Below are positions 41,034 to 54,392 of a stretch of 64,000 nucleotides of DNA, in pieces. Origin of the DNA: Eledone cirrhosa (Eukaryota). The notes under the pieces are model-generated. The model was not told the origin of the DNA and did no database searches. It worked only from the letters and a program-made list of their open reading frames with translations. Position 1 is the stretch's first letter. Each line of letters opens with the position of its first letter. The stretch covers positions 283,216,001 to 283,280,000 of the forward strand of contig OZ024742.1 in the NCBI GenBank assembly GCA_964016885.1, written 5' to 3'. A program made the position numbers and the translations under genes.

Positions 41034-41611
41034 GTACTGACTTGGCCTCTAATGACTCATCCAATCCTTAATAATAAGAAAAACAGACATTGAATGATGA
41101 TGATGATATGTCTTGCCTGAAAACATTTACAATTGCCATCTGTACATGATATCAGTTCTGAGAATGGCTGTGTGGTTAAGAAGTTCATTTTGCAACTACA
41201 TACTTTTAGATTCACTTCTACCACTTGGCACCTTTAGCAAGTGTCTTCTACTACACATTCAGACTAAGCTATGTTCTGTGAATGAAATTTAGTAGATGGA
41301 AACTGTGCAGTAACCCTCCATATGTGTGTGTGTGCACGCTTGCCACCATGGATGTATCCATGATGACACTGCCGGTACCATTTGTTAATGTCCTGCATAA
41401 ACAATATGTCACACACCTCAGTAGTTCAACAAGAAAAAGGATCAGTGAAATGAACAGCTTGCTTTAAAATATATGAGGGTTGACATTGAGAAGGCCATCC
41501 AAATGTAGAATATTGCCTCATAATGACTTATCTAACCCATGCCATCATGGAAAATTAGACATAAAAATGGTAATAATAGTTTTGTAATTTATCTTTCTTT
41601 TTCATTTCCAG

Positions 41612-42619
41612 GACAAGATCCAAGTACTCTAGCAAAATTTACCATCCACCCCAAAAATGGGATAATAACCACACGAGAAGTGTTAGATTATGAAAGCCAA
41701 CAAGAATATATTTTGTCTGTTGTGGCACGAGACAATGGTAACCCATCAAGAGAAAATTACCAAGAAATCACTGTGTCTGTAATTGACGACACGGAAGAAA
41801 AACCTCTTTTTCCCTCCAAGAATATTTCCTTCAGCCTCCCAGAAAATGTCCCCATACGTACTTTGGTTGGAGTCATCGGAAAAGAGAATGGAAATGATGG
41901 CCTTCACAAGTTCTACCTGACCGGTGGCAATATCTTCAGTGCCTTTACTGTCAGTGTTGATAGTGGTACAATCTATACAATACGAGAGATTGACTATGAG
42001 GAATCTTCTACCCACATTCTCGGTATTAAAATAGTCTATAATGGCCCCTACAGTGTTGAGAGCAATAACCTTAGCGTCATAATTCACGTGGTTGACATCA
42101 ATGATAATGCCCCAAAATTTAACAGTGACCCGGTAAAACTGTCTGTCCCAGAGAACACACCCATTGGCACATCCCTCTACACGTTTGTCGCCACAGATCT
42201 GGATTCTGAATCCAACGGAAGTATTGTCTACCGCATCGAGCAGCTCAATGAGGATCTAGAGCAGCAGATGTTCAGCATTGACTCCAGATCTGGTGAGCTG
42301 ACCGTCAATGAAATGATTGACTATGAGAAGATTCAGTCTGTGTCCTTGGTGTTGATTGCTCAAGACCTCTGCCCCGATGTCCCTTCACGTCTGTCTTCCA
42401 GCATCACCGTGCTAATCTCAATTCTCGATGAGAACGATAATGTACCTCAGATTGCAAGTGCAATGCGGATCTCTGTGAGTGAGGAGGAAACTGTCGGGTT
42501 TCCTCTCACTCAACTTATTGCTGTTGATGCTGACTCAGCTCACACAGGTAATGGCATTGTGACTTACAATATCATCGCAGGTAACACCAATGAAGTCTTC
42601 CGACTAAATGCGAACAATG
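41612..42619 (+). CDS. ds: Dachsous exon 6 in window (EC12-EC15)
   Basis: ttccag| acceptor and G|gtaagt donor; 1008 nt, phase 1-1; LDYE, IDYE, DINDNAP, DENDNVP. Confidence 0.96.
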
Positions 42620-42734
42620 GTAAGTAAATTCTTCTCTTAACCTTCCATCCAACTTCTGTTTCTTTTTTTACCTATTCCTATGCAGTTTTCCTTTTGTATT
42701 TTTCCTGTCTCAAACCATTACCACCTATAAAAGA

Positions 42735-43062
42735 AATTATTATTGGATTCGTAGCCGAAGCTGAAGCATATAGACACTATGCCCCACCCCCTCCTACTGC
42801 AAAGTGGTCATGGAGGTGCCACAGCAAAAAAGTTCCCAGCCCACACTGTAAAGTGGACGTGTAGGCGCCACGAGAAAAAAACACCCAGCACTCACTGTAA
42901 ACGAGGTTGGTGTTAGGAAGGGCATCCAGCTGTAGAAATCAAGCCAGAATCAGTTCCCGTGTGAGCAAGACATGGTCAGCCAGCTGGACACTGCCCACAA
43001 CAGGACAACCCACCTAACCCATGCTACCGTGGAAGAACGGACGTAAAACGGTGATGATGATA
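42735..43062 (+). mobile_element. RTE LINE 3' UTR fragment
   Basis: Matches 36905-37202 and ends aaaacggtgatgatga. Confidence 0.8.
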
Positions 43063-43588
43063 AGGATTAGAGTGTATTTTGCATGGCCCTTCATGTTCTT
43101 TAACTCCTGCCAAGGTCAATTTTGCTTTTCATCCTTCCAGGATTGATAAAATAAAGTCCTTGGCAAGTATCCAGGTTGATTTGATAGGTTAATCTATCCT
43201 TCTTTAATTAGTCAATGAAATAAAATGTTCATTTCGATGAGGGCCACAACTTCCCCTTCTTCCTGAAAAAACTTTAAATACGTTTTATAGATTGTCATTG
43301 CTACTGGTGATAAGTATGATATGACGAGGGACCCCTATCTTTAAAAAACCCAAAAAACGTCATAAGAAACCAGCAAACTAGGCTTACGAGGCCCATAACA
43401 ACACCAACAACAACAACTGTAAACTGTTACTAATTGGGATACCTTTTCAAAACCGAATCCAACACTATAAAATGAATGCTGTGTGGATGTATGCATATGT
43501 GTATGTGTATGTGCATGTTTGTATCTGTGTGTAATCTTCAAGATTTTTAAAGAACCCTTGTCTTAATATTGGTATCATCTTTGTTTAG

Positions 43589-43828
43589 GTTTGCTGACTT
43601 TGGCAAAGAAACTTGACAGAGAAAACGAGGAACGGTACGAGCTGAACATTACAGCACAAGACCAAGGTATTCCTCAACAGATCTCCTACACATTGTTGAC
43701 TATCGAAGTTGAGGACTCCAATGACAACACCCCAAAGTTCAAACAGTCAATATATTACACCGAGGTTTTGGAAAATGCCCGAATAAACACTACAGTGGTT
43801 CAAATTGAGGCTTATGACATGGATGCTG
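43589..43828 (+). CDS. ds: Dachsous exon 7 in window (EC15/EC16)
   Basis: tttag| acceptor and G|gtaggt donor; LDRE...DSNDNTP...AYDMDA; 240 nt, phase 1-1. Confidence 0.93.
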
Positions 43829-44388
43829 GTAGGTTGGACCTTTCTTGCTTTGCTACTCTCTCCTTCTTTCATTTCCTCTTCCTGCTGCTCTTCTCCTTCT
43901 TCTCCTCTCAGCATCATCAGTTTTACATCCATTTTTTCATGTCAGTATGGTTTGGCAAAAAACTTCTGAGGCAATATTCAATGACTAGATGCCATTACTG
44001 ATGCAAATGTAGATCATTGGACATTTAACCACTGAGTAGTGAGATCCTTCTTTATGCTGAACATATGAATATCGTCTGCAATGTTGAATACAAGAAATAA
44101 GAAACAGACACACACGGACGCACATACATATGACAGACTTCCCTACAGTTTCCATTTATGAAATTCTATCGCAAGGCATTGGTTATCCTGAATCTAAAGT
44201 AGAAAACACATAGCACAAGTTGCTATACAGTAGGATATAATTCAATACTACATGGCCATCAAACAAACTTCATAATCACACAATCAAGCCTGCGTCTACA
44301 CTGATTAATAAACATTTTTATTAAATATTTTTAAAAAATTCAATAAATACAAATATTTGATTCATTTTTTCCCCTACTTCTTTTTCAG

Positions 44389-44523
44389 GTGCAAATGGCC
44401 AGATTAAATACTTAATCCCTGAAGGAACTGCTAACAATATGTTTAGTATCAACTCCCTTTCTGGTATCATTCAAACAAGAGCAACCCTTGATAGGGAACA
44501 GAAAATGTCTTATTTAATTATAG
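44389..44523 (+). CDS. ds: Dachsous exon 8 in window (EC16; GANGQIKYLI...LDREQKMSYLII), absent from the ORF track
   Basis: tttttcag| acceptor and G|gtaaga donor; 135 nt, phase 1-1; translated by hand and completes the cadherin repeat. Confidence 0.92.
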
Positions 44524-45616
44524 GTAAGATCCTCTATATTTTCTTTATCTATCTTGTTTCTTTTATTTATATCATCATCATCATCACCATTTAGCGTCCA
44601 TTTTTTTCATGCTTGCTTGGGTTAGACGGGTCGTCCACATTGGGAGACAAGTCTGGCCAGAGTTGACTATGCTGTACCTTGCTCCGATGAGGACTGTAAA
44701 TTTGACCGGGAATTTTACAGCTGAATGCCCTTAAAGCATTCTATCCAACATTTTAATGACTCTGCCAATTCGCCACCTGAGCAAAATAAACAAGATGGTC
44801 TGGTTCTGTTTAGAACATCATTGACCATATGTCTGTCTGGATCTGCTAGAAATAGCAGTGTTGTCTTTTTTTTTTTAAATGGATTATATTGGATTATGAG
44901 CAAAATAGACAAGATGGTCTTGGCTAGAATATCTTTGACTGTAAGCATGTTAGATTGGGGAGGAGCTGGGACTAAACAACAATGGTAACAATAACAATTT
45001 GACAGAATGAATTTAGAGAATCGGAAATGTTGGGTTCAAATCTCGATGTTAGTCTCTGTTTTGTTTTTTTTTTAATCATCATGTGTAAGGCCAAGCTACA
45101 GCACAGCCTTCAAATATATGAGATTTTCTTTTGCTACATATATTGTTGCAATTAGCAGAGTTGTTAGCATGATGGGTTAAATGTTGCCATATTTATTATG
45201 GCTTGCTTCAGTCTGAGTTCAAATCCCACTGAGGTCAATTTTGCCTTTCATAATTTTGGAATCAATAAATAAAGTACCAACCAAGAGGTGGAGGATTGAG
45301 GAAAATTATTCAAGAGTTAAAGAAGAGGCTTTGCAGAATCTGATTTGGCTCTATGAATTCTGAGTTCAAATCCCACTGCCTCCTGCAACGAGTTACAACC
45401 AACAGACACCATCAGCAATAAAAAAACCAATGAAAGCATTATTCCCTTGATATGATCTGATGATTTGTTCCTTTCTTTTCTTGTTGTTTCTGCTTAAGAT
45501 GCAAGTTCTTATTCTCTAATACATATTTATCAACAACAGCTACATCTGCTACTGCTGCTGCTGCCATCAACCCATTTAATATAACTCTATATCTGTATGT
45601 TGTTTGTTTGTTGCAG

Positions 45617-45826
45617 CATATGCAGCAGATGACGGCTACCCGATGCGCTACGACACTGCAACTGTGATGATAAGTGTAGCAGATGTTAATGACCACAATC
45701 CAATGTTCAAGTTGCCTTTCTATCATATTGTCCTATCTGAGAATCAAAGATATGATGTCATCCGAACCTTTGTTGCCTATGACCCTGACCAAGACTTGAA
45801 TGGTAAAGTCACTTACAGAATAGCAA
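45617..45826 (+). CDS. ds: Dachsous exon 9 in window (EC16/EC17)
   Basis: ttgcag| acceptor and A|gtaagt donor; DDGYP...DVNDHNP...AYDPD; 210 nt, phase 1-1. Confidence 0.92.
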
Positions 45827-47111
45827 GTAAGTATATCTTTTCATTATTCAGCCATACATGCACCACACACAAAGACATTCTCTCTTTGCTTTCTCTCTTA
45901 ATATTTCTGTAAATCTCTTTAGAAGATTTTATTTAGTATAATTAGCTGAATGTTCTAATGGAGAATGACAAAAGGTCAACCTGTGGACACACAAACTAAC
46001 AAAATAAAAATACCAGCATGGTCACACTCAGTTTTACACACCAAGATTTAGTAGTTCTTCAAAGGATTCCAATACAACTGACTTTGTTAAGCTTTAATTC
46101 TGGAGACTATGTTTAGGAATTATGACACTCATACACCCTACAGAACAAAAGACTACCTCATCCTAACATCATTAAATTGATTTAATACAAATATTTCACC
46201 TGGCCTCATTTTGGATTTTGTCTAGTTATCGCTCTGATCGATAAACAAGATCCTAGACCTCATTCGCTTGCCAAGTGAGGTGGACCTCATGAAACAATGT
46301 TTCCATTGCTGATGCTATTTACCAGTCGCAACTCCTGGCAGAAGGAGCAACGTGAAATAAAGTCTCTTGCTCAAAGACTCAATGCATCACCCAGTCTAAG
46401 AATTGAACTCACGACCTCATGATTGTGAATCCAACTCACTAACCACTAAGCCACATGTCTTCATACAGCTAGGTATAAACAGTTTAAAGTCAGTTAGCTT
46501 AAAGAACAATCAAAACAGAATAGCCCCTCATTGGGATTTTACTAATTACCATATACATATATATATGTTTAGCAACTTTCCACTCTATTTTTCTTTATGT
46601 GACTATATAAAGATATAAAGTGAGTTACTATTAGCATCATTTACTTTGTACAAGCCATGGTTATCACGAAGTTGCGAAACAGGTTTGATATTGTAAATAG
46701 ACTAAAGGATTTCAAGTGCATTCTTGACCTCATTTCTTTCTTTCTTTCTACCCCCTTACTCCCTCTCTCACCACATTCTCAGACCTTCATCTTCAATTAT
46801 TCCTCATCACCCCTCTCTCTCTCTCTCTCTCTCTCCCCTCTCTCTCTCTCCCCTCTCCCCCCCCTCTCTCTCTCTCTCCCTCCACACAGTTCTTGCTCTT
46901 CAGGTCATTTTCTACTTCTTTTTTTATGTTATCATCATGACCAGCACAATCATCATCATTACCATAATCACCACTATCATCATCAACAATATTGCTACAA
47001 TTACAATTACCATCACCATAATAATCATCATTGATTTTTTTTTTTTTTTAGTGGGGTCTTATTTGTGGTCAAATGACTAACCTTTGACCTTTTCAATTTA
47101 TTCTATTTCAG

Positions 47112-47481
47112 ATGGCAACATTGATGACATTTTCACTGTTGAGCCAGACAGTGGAGCTCTATCCTGTCGCCCGTTGGACCGAGAGATGGTCTCCCTCTAC
47201 AACCTTACCCTAGTAGCTGAAGATGGTGGAAGCCCTGCTCGTACTGGCCGCACACACATCCTGGTCACTGTAAAAGATATGAACGACAATGTGCCGATAT
47301 TCCATTGGTCCGAGTACAGCCGCATGCTGCCTGAGGACATCGATATGGGCACCTACGTGATGCAAGTGAATGCTACAGATGCTGATGAAGGACCAAACCA
47401 GAATGTCACCTATGCCCTGGCAAATGATACATCAGGGCTGTTCTCCCTGAACAGCACCACTGGTATCATTCACACCATAGG
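47112..47481 (+). CDS. ds: Dachsous exon 10 in window (EC17/EC18)
   Basis: tttcag| acceptor and GG|gtaagg donor; LDRE, DGGSP, DMNDNVP, ATDAD; phase 1-2. Confidence 0.94.
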
Positions 47482-47984
47482 GTAAGGAGAAAAAAAAAAG
47501 AAACAAAGCACACACATTCTTCTAGAAACTTACTTGTTATTTCTTTTACTCATTCTTCTAGAAACTTACCTGTTATTTCTTTTACTCATCTTAGTTGTTA
47601 GATTATAACTATACTGGGGCAGTACATTTAACCTGTTGACTGCTGCATATATTTTACACAACTACAGTTGCAAACATGTTATGACAAGTTATCTCATCAA
47701 TGGCACTGAAGAGGTTAACACTTTCTTTACCATATTTCTTATGCACTGCACTGTATATGAATTAATTAGTGAAGTATTTGGATGGGTTTACTAAAATTGT
47801 TAATCATTTCATTGGTATGATGATACTTGTAACATAACAAAGCATTCTTATATCAAATTATGTTGAAAGGTTTAAATTTAAATTGGAACCCTTTAAAATA
47901 TTTGGTTTTGTTTCATAGAACCAGGGGTCATTTCAGGTGGGTTGGTATTGAAAGGGTTAAAGGATTAGCTGTCCTTTCTTTTGT

Positions 47985-48145
47985 TGGAAGAAACCTTTTG
48001 CTGTCAACAATGGTAGTAGCTCTCTGAACTTTTTCTATCCTTTTTTTTACTCTAGTTATTATGCTTTCAGTACAGCCTCCTCCCACATTAATTTCAACAG
48101 CTAGGTAACAGAAGTTATCAACTACTTCTATGGAGCTTTCCTGGG
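47985..48145 (-). mobile_element. Degenerate RTE LINE fragment
   Basis: Minus-strand translation IEVVDNFCYLA..GGGCTESIITRV matches the LINE segment VETVDSFCYLGD..GGGCSESTITRV. Confidence 0.7.
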
Positions 48146-48364
48146 TTTGGAAAATGTTTATTTTACTGATACTCTTACTACTAACTATCTCTGTGCATCT
48201 ATATATATATCGTATATGTATATGTATACACACACAGGATAAAAATGGGGATCCTATCATTAAAATGCCCAAGAAGCCTTCTGCAAGATACAACTTAGTA
48301 GGAGGCCATCTAAACCTACATATTAAGTATTTCATCTATTGTATTTTTTTCATTTTACTTGCAG

Positions 48365-48777
48365 ATATTTTGATCGAGAAGTAAGGAGTGTCTACGACTT
48401 TGTAGTTGTTGCTACTGATGGCAGCCTTTTTGAGAGTCCCCACACTGCCAAAGTGCCCGTCAGAGTGATCATAGACGATGTCAATGACAATAGACCGGCT
48501 TTCCCGACAGAACCGTTCCGCCAGACGGTGTCCAACTATGTTGGGGCTGACCAGTCTGTATTCAGCGTCGAAGCTACAGACAACGACATAGGTCGTAACC
48601 AAGTGATAAGCTACAAGTTTGGTCCATTGTCAGATTCGGCTGGCCAGGATCTTTTCCGCATCAGCTCCAACTCTGGAGTTATTCGCACAAAGCGCGCTTT
48701 AACTGATAAAGATACCAACTTTTACTTTTTAGAAGTTATTGCCACAGATAACGGAGGTCCCCGCCTTAGTTCAGCCG
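48365..48777 (+). CDS. ds: Dachsous exon 11 in window (EC18/EC19)
   Basis: ttgcag| acceptor and G|gtaagt donor; FDRE, DVNDNRP, ATDND, DNGGP; phase 2-1. Confidence 0.94.
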
Positions 48778-49378
48778 GTAAGTACACCAATTGTTTAAAA
48801 TAGATGTTTTTGTTTCATAGAGCCAGTGGCAGTTTTGGGTTGGTTGATATCAAGATGTTTAATATCCTCTTTTTTAACATAGAATAGAATATCTAAACAT
48901 GGGTTTGTTAACATAAGTGTATGCAGTATTTTTTCTAGTGAACTGATTGTTGTGTAAATTTGCAATAAACAAAAGAAAACACTTCAATTTTTTAGTGGGA
49001 TGCAATCATAATGTCCTTTTGTCATTTTCAAGAATGCCTTGCTAATATGTTTTCATGTGGTGCATGTGTCATCTAGAAAATGAGTATGTTCATAAGATAA
49101 CTGACAATTTGGCAGGGTCATTAAAATGTTAGACAAAATGCCTTGTGGTATTTGTTCTGGCTGTCTGCCCTCTAGGTTCAACTCCTTGCAACATTGATTT
49201 TGTTATTCTTTCTTGGTTGATAAAATAAAGTATCAGTCTAGAGTCCTGGATCTGCACAATTATTAGAACAGCAAATGAGATGGCTTATAATATTGGCAAT
49301 ATTATACTAATTTTTGCATTCTAAGTTCAAATTCTGTTGTAACCTACTTCAGTGATAGATTATAAACCATCACCCAGT

Positions 49379-49960
49379 TTAACCCTTTGGCATTTACATT
49401 ACTCTATATTTACTATTATATTTTCATGGAAAAGGCTTTACCCCACATAATTATCTCACATAATATCGAATCTATGAAATTTTGATATTATTTATTTTGA
49501 GAACAATACCTTTATGTCAGTATGAGCGGCCGATTACAGCCAGTTTGAACAGAAAGAGGTGAGAGAATTTTGGCCGGATACGGCCGGTTTAAATGCTAAA
49601 GGGTTAAACACTATCTCCTGGCTCTTGGACACATTTGTGTTAGGGTTGCACTGCTCTTCCATTTCTTCTGATTAAACAATATATATTATGTGTATCTATC
49701 AATCTGTCTCCATGCATCTTCATATGCATGTTTAACTCTTTAGCATTTAAACTTGCCATATCTGACCAGAATTCTCTCACCTCTTTCTGTTCAAACCAGC
49801 CATAACTGGCTGCTTGTATTTACTTTAAGCTATTGTTCTCAAAATAAATAATATCAAAATTTCGTAGATTCGATATTATGTGAGATAATTATATCAGATA
49901 AAGTGTTTACCATCAAAATAAAATAGTAAATATAGAGTAATGTAAATGCTAAAGGGTTAA
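49379..49960. mobile_element. Inverted pair of piggyBac-type MITEs
   Basis: 49379-49607 is the reverse complement of the family; 49732-49960 is forward; both have TTAA ends. Confidence 0.82.
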
Positions 49961-50169
49961 AGCAAGCACTGATGTTTGTTTATCTCCAACATAAAGAATA
50001 CATACCTCAGCTAACTGGCTTGATGAAGATGAGGCGTTTGTATATAGTTTACTTAAGAAAACAAAAAGTTTCATTTGACCCATCTTGATATGGTAAAGCA
50101 AATGTAAGACTGATGGTAATGTCATACTTTGAAAATAGAATACTACAGTAACTTGCATATTTTAATCCT

Positions 50170-50720
50170 TAAGCTCTTGTTATTCCGAGTTCAAATCGCG
50201 CCAAGGTTAACTTTGCCTTTCATCCTTACGGGGTCGATAAAATAAAGTACTAGTAATACACTGGGTAATTGCAGGCCTTGTGTCAAAAGTAGAAACAATT
50301 ATTTTATTTACTAGAGGGTGGTGGATTGGCAGTATCGGTTGAGTGTCGGACACATTGCTTTTCAGCATAGAGTTATGGCCCTTTACGTTCTGAGTTCAAA
50401 TCCCACCGAAGTTAGCTTTGCCTTTCATCCTTACGTGGTCAATAAAATAAAGTACCAGTAACGCACTGGGGTCGATTTCCCCAAAATTGTTGGCCTTGTG
50501 CCTAAATGAGAAACCAGTTCAAATCCCGCCGAGGTTAACTTTGCCTTTCATCCTTACGGGGTCGATAAAATAAAGTACCAGTAATGTACTGGGATAATTG
50601 CTGGCCTTGTGCCAAAAGTAGAAACAATTATTAGAAGATAGTGTTTTATTAGAAAAGACATTAATTATTTTCCCTCCCCAAAAATTGCTGGCCTTGTGCC
50701 TAAAGTAGAAACCATTATTT
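50170..50720 (+). mobile_element. Cluster of three to four full or partial SINE A copies
   Basis: Repeated gagttcaaatc...gtaccagtaa...gccttgtgcc units. Confidence 0.82.
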
Positions 50721-50726
50721 TATTTA

Positions 50727-50795
50727 AAACCAAATATTATTTATTCTGTCCATAAAACCCATTGTTTTATGGACAGAATAAATAATATTTGGTTT
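50727..50795. repeat. Perfect 32-bp-arm palindrome with a 5-nt loop
   Basis: aaaccaaatattatttattctgtccataaaac-ccatt-gttttatggacagaataaataatatttggttt. Confidence 0.9.
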
Positions 50796-50969
50796 CTTCA
50801 TCAAACTTTAATGAAACTTATTTTGGATTATGTATATACACGTGCACATATATTGAATTGGTAGAATCCTGCCGCAAGTCCTGTTCTTTCAACTGGGTTT
50901 CACAGTTGTCTGGTCAGTCAGTATATATATATAAGGACTCATGTGTATGTCTTCCACAGCAGACACTCC

Positions 50970-51033
<64 letters not shown>

Positions 51034-51778
51034 ATGTGTGTGTGTGTGTAGTTGTTGTTATGATGAATTGTTTGTTGAAGTGACCAGATGTGTAATTGTA
51101 TTAGTGATTTGATTGGCCAGTTGTTCATTGTAGTGTAACAGAAATTGTAGTAGTAACTGTTGGCTTGATAGGTGATTTCACGAGCTGCTCTCTTCCATAT
51201 ACAGTACTGCGTGAATGTGTGTGACTTATGGTAAATGAATTGTATGTGTGTCTCAATGAGTTCACCATAGCCAGTAGTTAAAAGTTGATAGTGAAATTGC
51301 CATTAGAGCTGTTAAATGAATTACAATGGCTGCTACTTGAATAACTTTATTAAGAAATAACTCATGTCAAATTTAATATGATAATACAGGAAAAACAATA
51401 AAGAGTCACAGTAAAATTGTGTATTATGTTTGTGAGCTTGATTTGGGTGTGGATGCTGTCTGAAAAGTTGTATGGAATCAAATGGGAGTATGACTGTCAA
51501 GGCTCACTGGCCAAAAGGGCTGAAACCCAACAGGTCAAAGTCAGCAAACTACATAATTCTGATCTCCATCGTGAACTGAACTGAACTAGTCACTGGTCAT
51601 TGGTCACTGATCAGTCGAGAGCAGACTATTCATGAAAATTATGTCTGTTATTGACTTTATGCACATGACCCCTCCACAAAACTATTCTTCAGACAGTTTG
51701 ATGACATGGAGTCCCCAAAACAAAAGAAGTAAAATATGCTTATCTATGAGGCCAAAGGTTACTGTGCATGGTCATATG

Positions 51779-51823
<45 letters not shown>

Positions 51824-52232
51824 TAGGGATTATAACATCATTATCATAACAGAAATCTAGTGAGCTTTTGATTCCTGAATCAGTCCCGATCGATAAAGAT
51901 TGAACCTTGAGCTGATCAATCGCAAAATGCGCATCACCTTAATTAATGTATTGAAAATTTAACTCCTCATCCTTTTTATTATAATATATATATAAGAGAG
52001 AGAGAGAAAGAGACAGAGAAACCAGTGATTTGTGGTATGAATGAAAGAATTTTAGAACATTCTTCCCCCCCATTTTTTTCTTAGATTAGTGTTCCATAGA
52101 TCCTAAATTAAAATTTTAGAATGTTTTTGACATATAGAAGCATTCATTTGATAGACAGATGAAAAGATACGCAGTTATTTTAATATAGATTTATTTATTT
52201 AAACATTTGTTTTTCTCTGCTTTTCTTTTCAG

Positions 52233-52445
52233 CGGTGCTAGAGATCATCGTTGGCAATCCATCCCACATCAACAAGTTACACTTTGTGCAAAAGATCTAT
52301 CCAACCCAAGTAGAAGAAAACAGCAAGAAAGGCCTTTTAATCCAGACCCTTAATGCCACTTACAATAACCAAGTTGACAGTTCTGTCAGATACTATTTCA
52401 TTAGTGGCAATGAAGATGGAATATTTCAGCTGAACAGAAAAACTG
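52233..52445 (+). CDS. ds: Dachsous exon 12 in window (EC19/EC20)
   Basis: ttttcag| acceptor and G|gttagt donor; 213 nt, phase 1-1; VEENS...YYFISGNEDGIFQLN. Confidence 0.9.
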
Positions 52446-52831
52446 GTTAGTATATACATATATAGATAGATAGATAGATACACACACACACATACACATA
52501 TATATTTGGTTAATTTATGAAAAATTGGGTAAATCTGAAATTTTAAAGTGTTAGCTTTTTGTGGAAGCTGCCACCATGCAGATAACTATATATAATAGTT
52601 GAATAATTTTGGTAAATTACTCTTGGAAGTGGGTATTTCTGTCCACTTATTTCCATCTGCAGGGGTACTTTACATGACATATTTAGTTGCCTGCCAAAAA
52701 ACCATGAGTTTAGAGGGGTTGACTGAAGATCAGAATTTTCCTTGTATTCATTATGCCAGTCAGGTTCCCCATTTTTTCTGCTCGTTCCTGTATTATCCTG
52801 CCCATATTTTGTTCCACCCACTCATTTATAT

Positions 52832-52955
52832 ATATAAAGGATGCAGGACCCCGACAGCTGAGCTCCTGCCATTTCAACAGCTAGATCCAAACTGTTCGGA
52901 TCTAGCTGTTGAAACAGCAGGAGTTCAGCCATCCGGGTCCCGAATCCTTCATATA
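52832..52955. mobile_element. Fold-back element of the same family (palindrome only)
   Basis: ggaccccgacagctgagctcctgccatttcaacagctagatc / gatctagctgttgaaacagcaggagttcagccatccgggtcc. Confidence 0.7.
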
Positions 52956-53249
52956 ACGAACATTTTGTTTGAAACGTTTTCATTTTAACATTTGAAATAA
53001 GTTGAAATATACTGGGTAAAAAAAAACAATATTACTTTGTTTTGTTTTATTTGTCATTCTTTGCTCTTTATATGATTCTACTGCATTGTACCAGCTTTCT
53101 GAAACTTATCTCCCATTTTCTTGTTATTTTCAATAAGAACTATTTGTTACAAAATAAAGAAAATAATAATGATACCAATAATCATTATAATAAATAATCA
53201 TATCAATAATAATTGATAATAATAAACTTTCTACATATTCTCATTATAG

Positions 53250-53461
53250 GTGAAATAAGTGTGCAGAACCCTGATAAACTAGACTACGAGACTGTGTCCA
53301 AGATACGCCTGATTGTGATGGCCAAGAGGAACAGTGACCGAGCATATGCTTCGGTGAATGTAGCCGTCATCGACATCAATGACCACCCTCCAGTGTTCAC
53401 ACAACAGCACTATGTCTCGTATGTTTGGGAGAATGATAAGCGGAATACTCTCATTACAAAG
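53250..53461 (+). CDS. ds: Dachsous exon 13 in window (EC20/EC21)
   Basis: ttatag| acceptor and AAG|gtgggt donor; LDYE, DINDHPP; phase 1-0. Confidence 0.92.
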
Positions 53462-53694
53462 GTGGGTATCAAGAGTTAGTGATGGTTCCATCTACATTAT
53501 AAACTTATTTTCAGGGTCTTCAAGAGAAATTTTTCAAAAGGAAACAAAACTGTTCTCAGGGAGCTCCTTTGAAAATTCCTACATATATGCGCATACACAT
53601 ATTCAAGCATTCAAGCATATAAATACACATAAACATGCTGCCACTTGTTACTTTACTTTGTCATCTCCTCTGTGAGGTTGAGCATTTGGAAATT

Positions 53695-54040
53695 AGTTTG
53701 AACCACTTCTTCCCATGTCTTTATCAGTCTTCCTCTTCTGCAGATGTTTTTCACTGGCATCTTTTCATCCATTGATCATCATTTGTATGCATCACATGTC
53801 CATGTCACCAGTCTTCTCTCTTGCTCATTACATCTGATTCCTCTTACCCATTCAATGAAGCATGCTTGCTTCATTTGTCTCTACCCTTCATATATCCTAT
53901 ACATTCATTGCCCATGTCTCACGGCCAAGCAAAATTGCACTTCTCACACAAGCATCATACAATCTACCTTATCTCAGAGAGAAAATCACTTTTTTGATAA
54001 CAGAGATAGTAGTTCCCTGAACTTTTTCCATCCTGCTTTT
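53695..54040 (-). mobile_element. Degenerate RTE LINE fragment
   Basis: Reverse complement resembles 36400-36800 (ggatggaaaaagttcagggaactact; gagacatgggca; gagagaagactggtgacatggacatgtgatgc). Confidence 0.65.
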
Positions 54041-54065
54041 TTTACATGCATATATATATATATAT

Positions 54066-54187
54066 CATGTTTCTGAAGATGGCTGATTGAACAGGGATTT
54101 CGGGACTAGAAATAGGTAGTAGCATGCTAATTGATGTATCGATCTCCAATGATCAATCAACCCTCTGAAACGATCATAAAACAATGA
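54066..54187 (+). ncRNA. Degenerate type I hammerhead ribozyme motif
   Basis: Stem I TGTTT/AAACA, CTGAAGA at 54073-54079, a long imperfect stem II, GAAA at 54167-54170, and a palindromic stem III with the expected GTA triplet reading ATA. Confidence 0.55.
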
Positions 54188-54250
54188 ACTAACTAACTAC
54201 CTACATCTGACTTGTCTTTTTTTCATTGTTCTATGCACAAACACACACAC

Positions 54251-54301
<51 letters not shown>

Positions 54302-54392
54302 TATATATATATACATGCATAAGTAACTGCACACAAACAACCTGAATCAAAACTCTATTAATTGATAAAAAAAACTCTGTCAACTATTGCAG

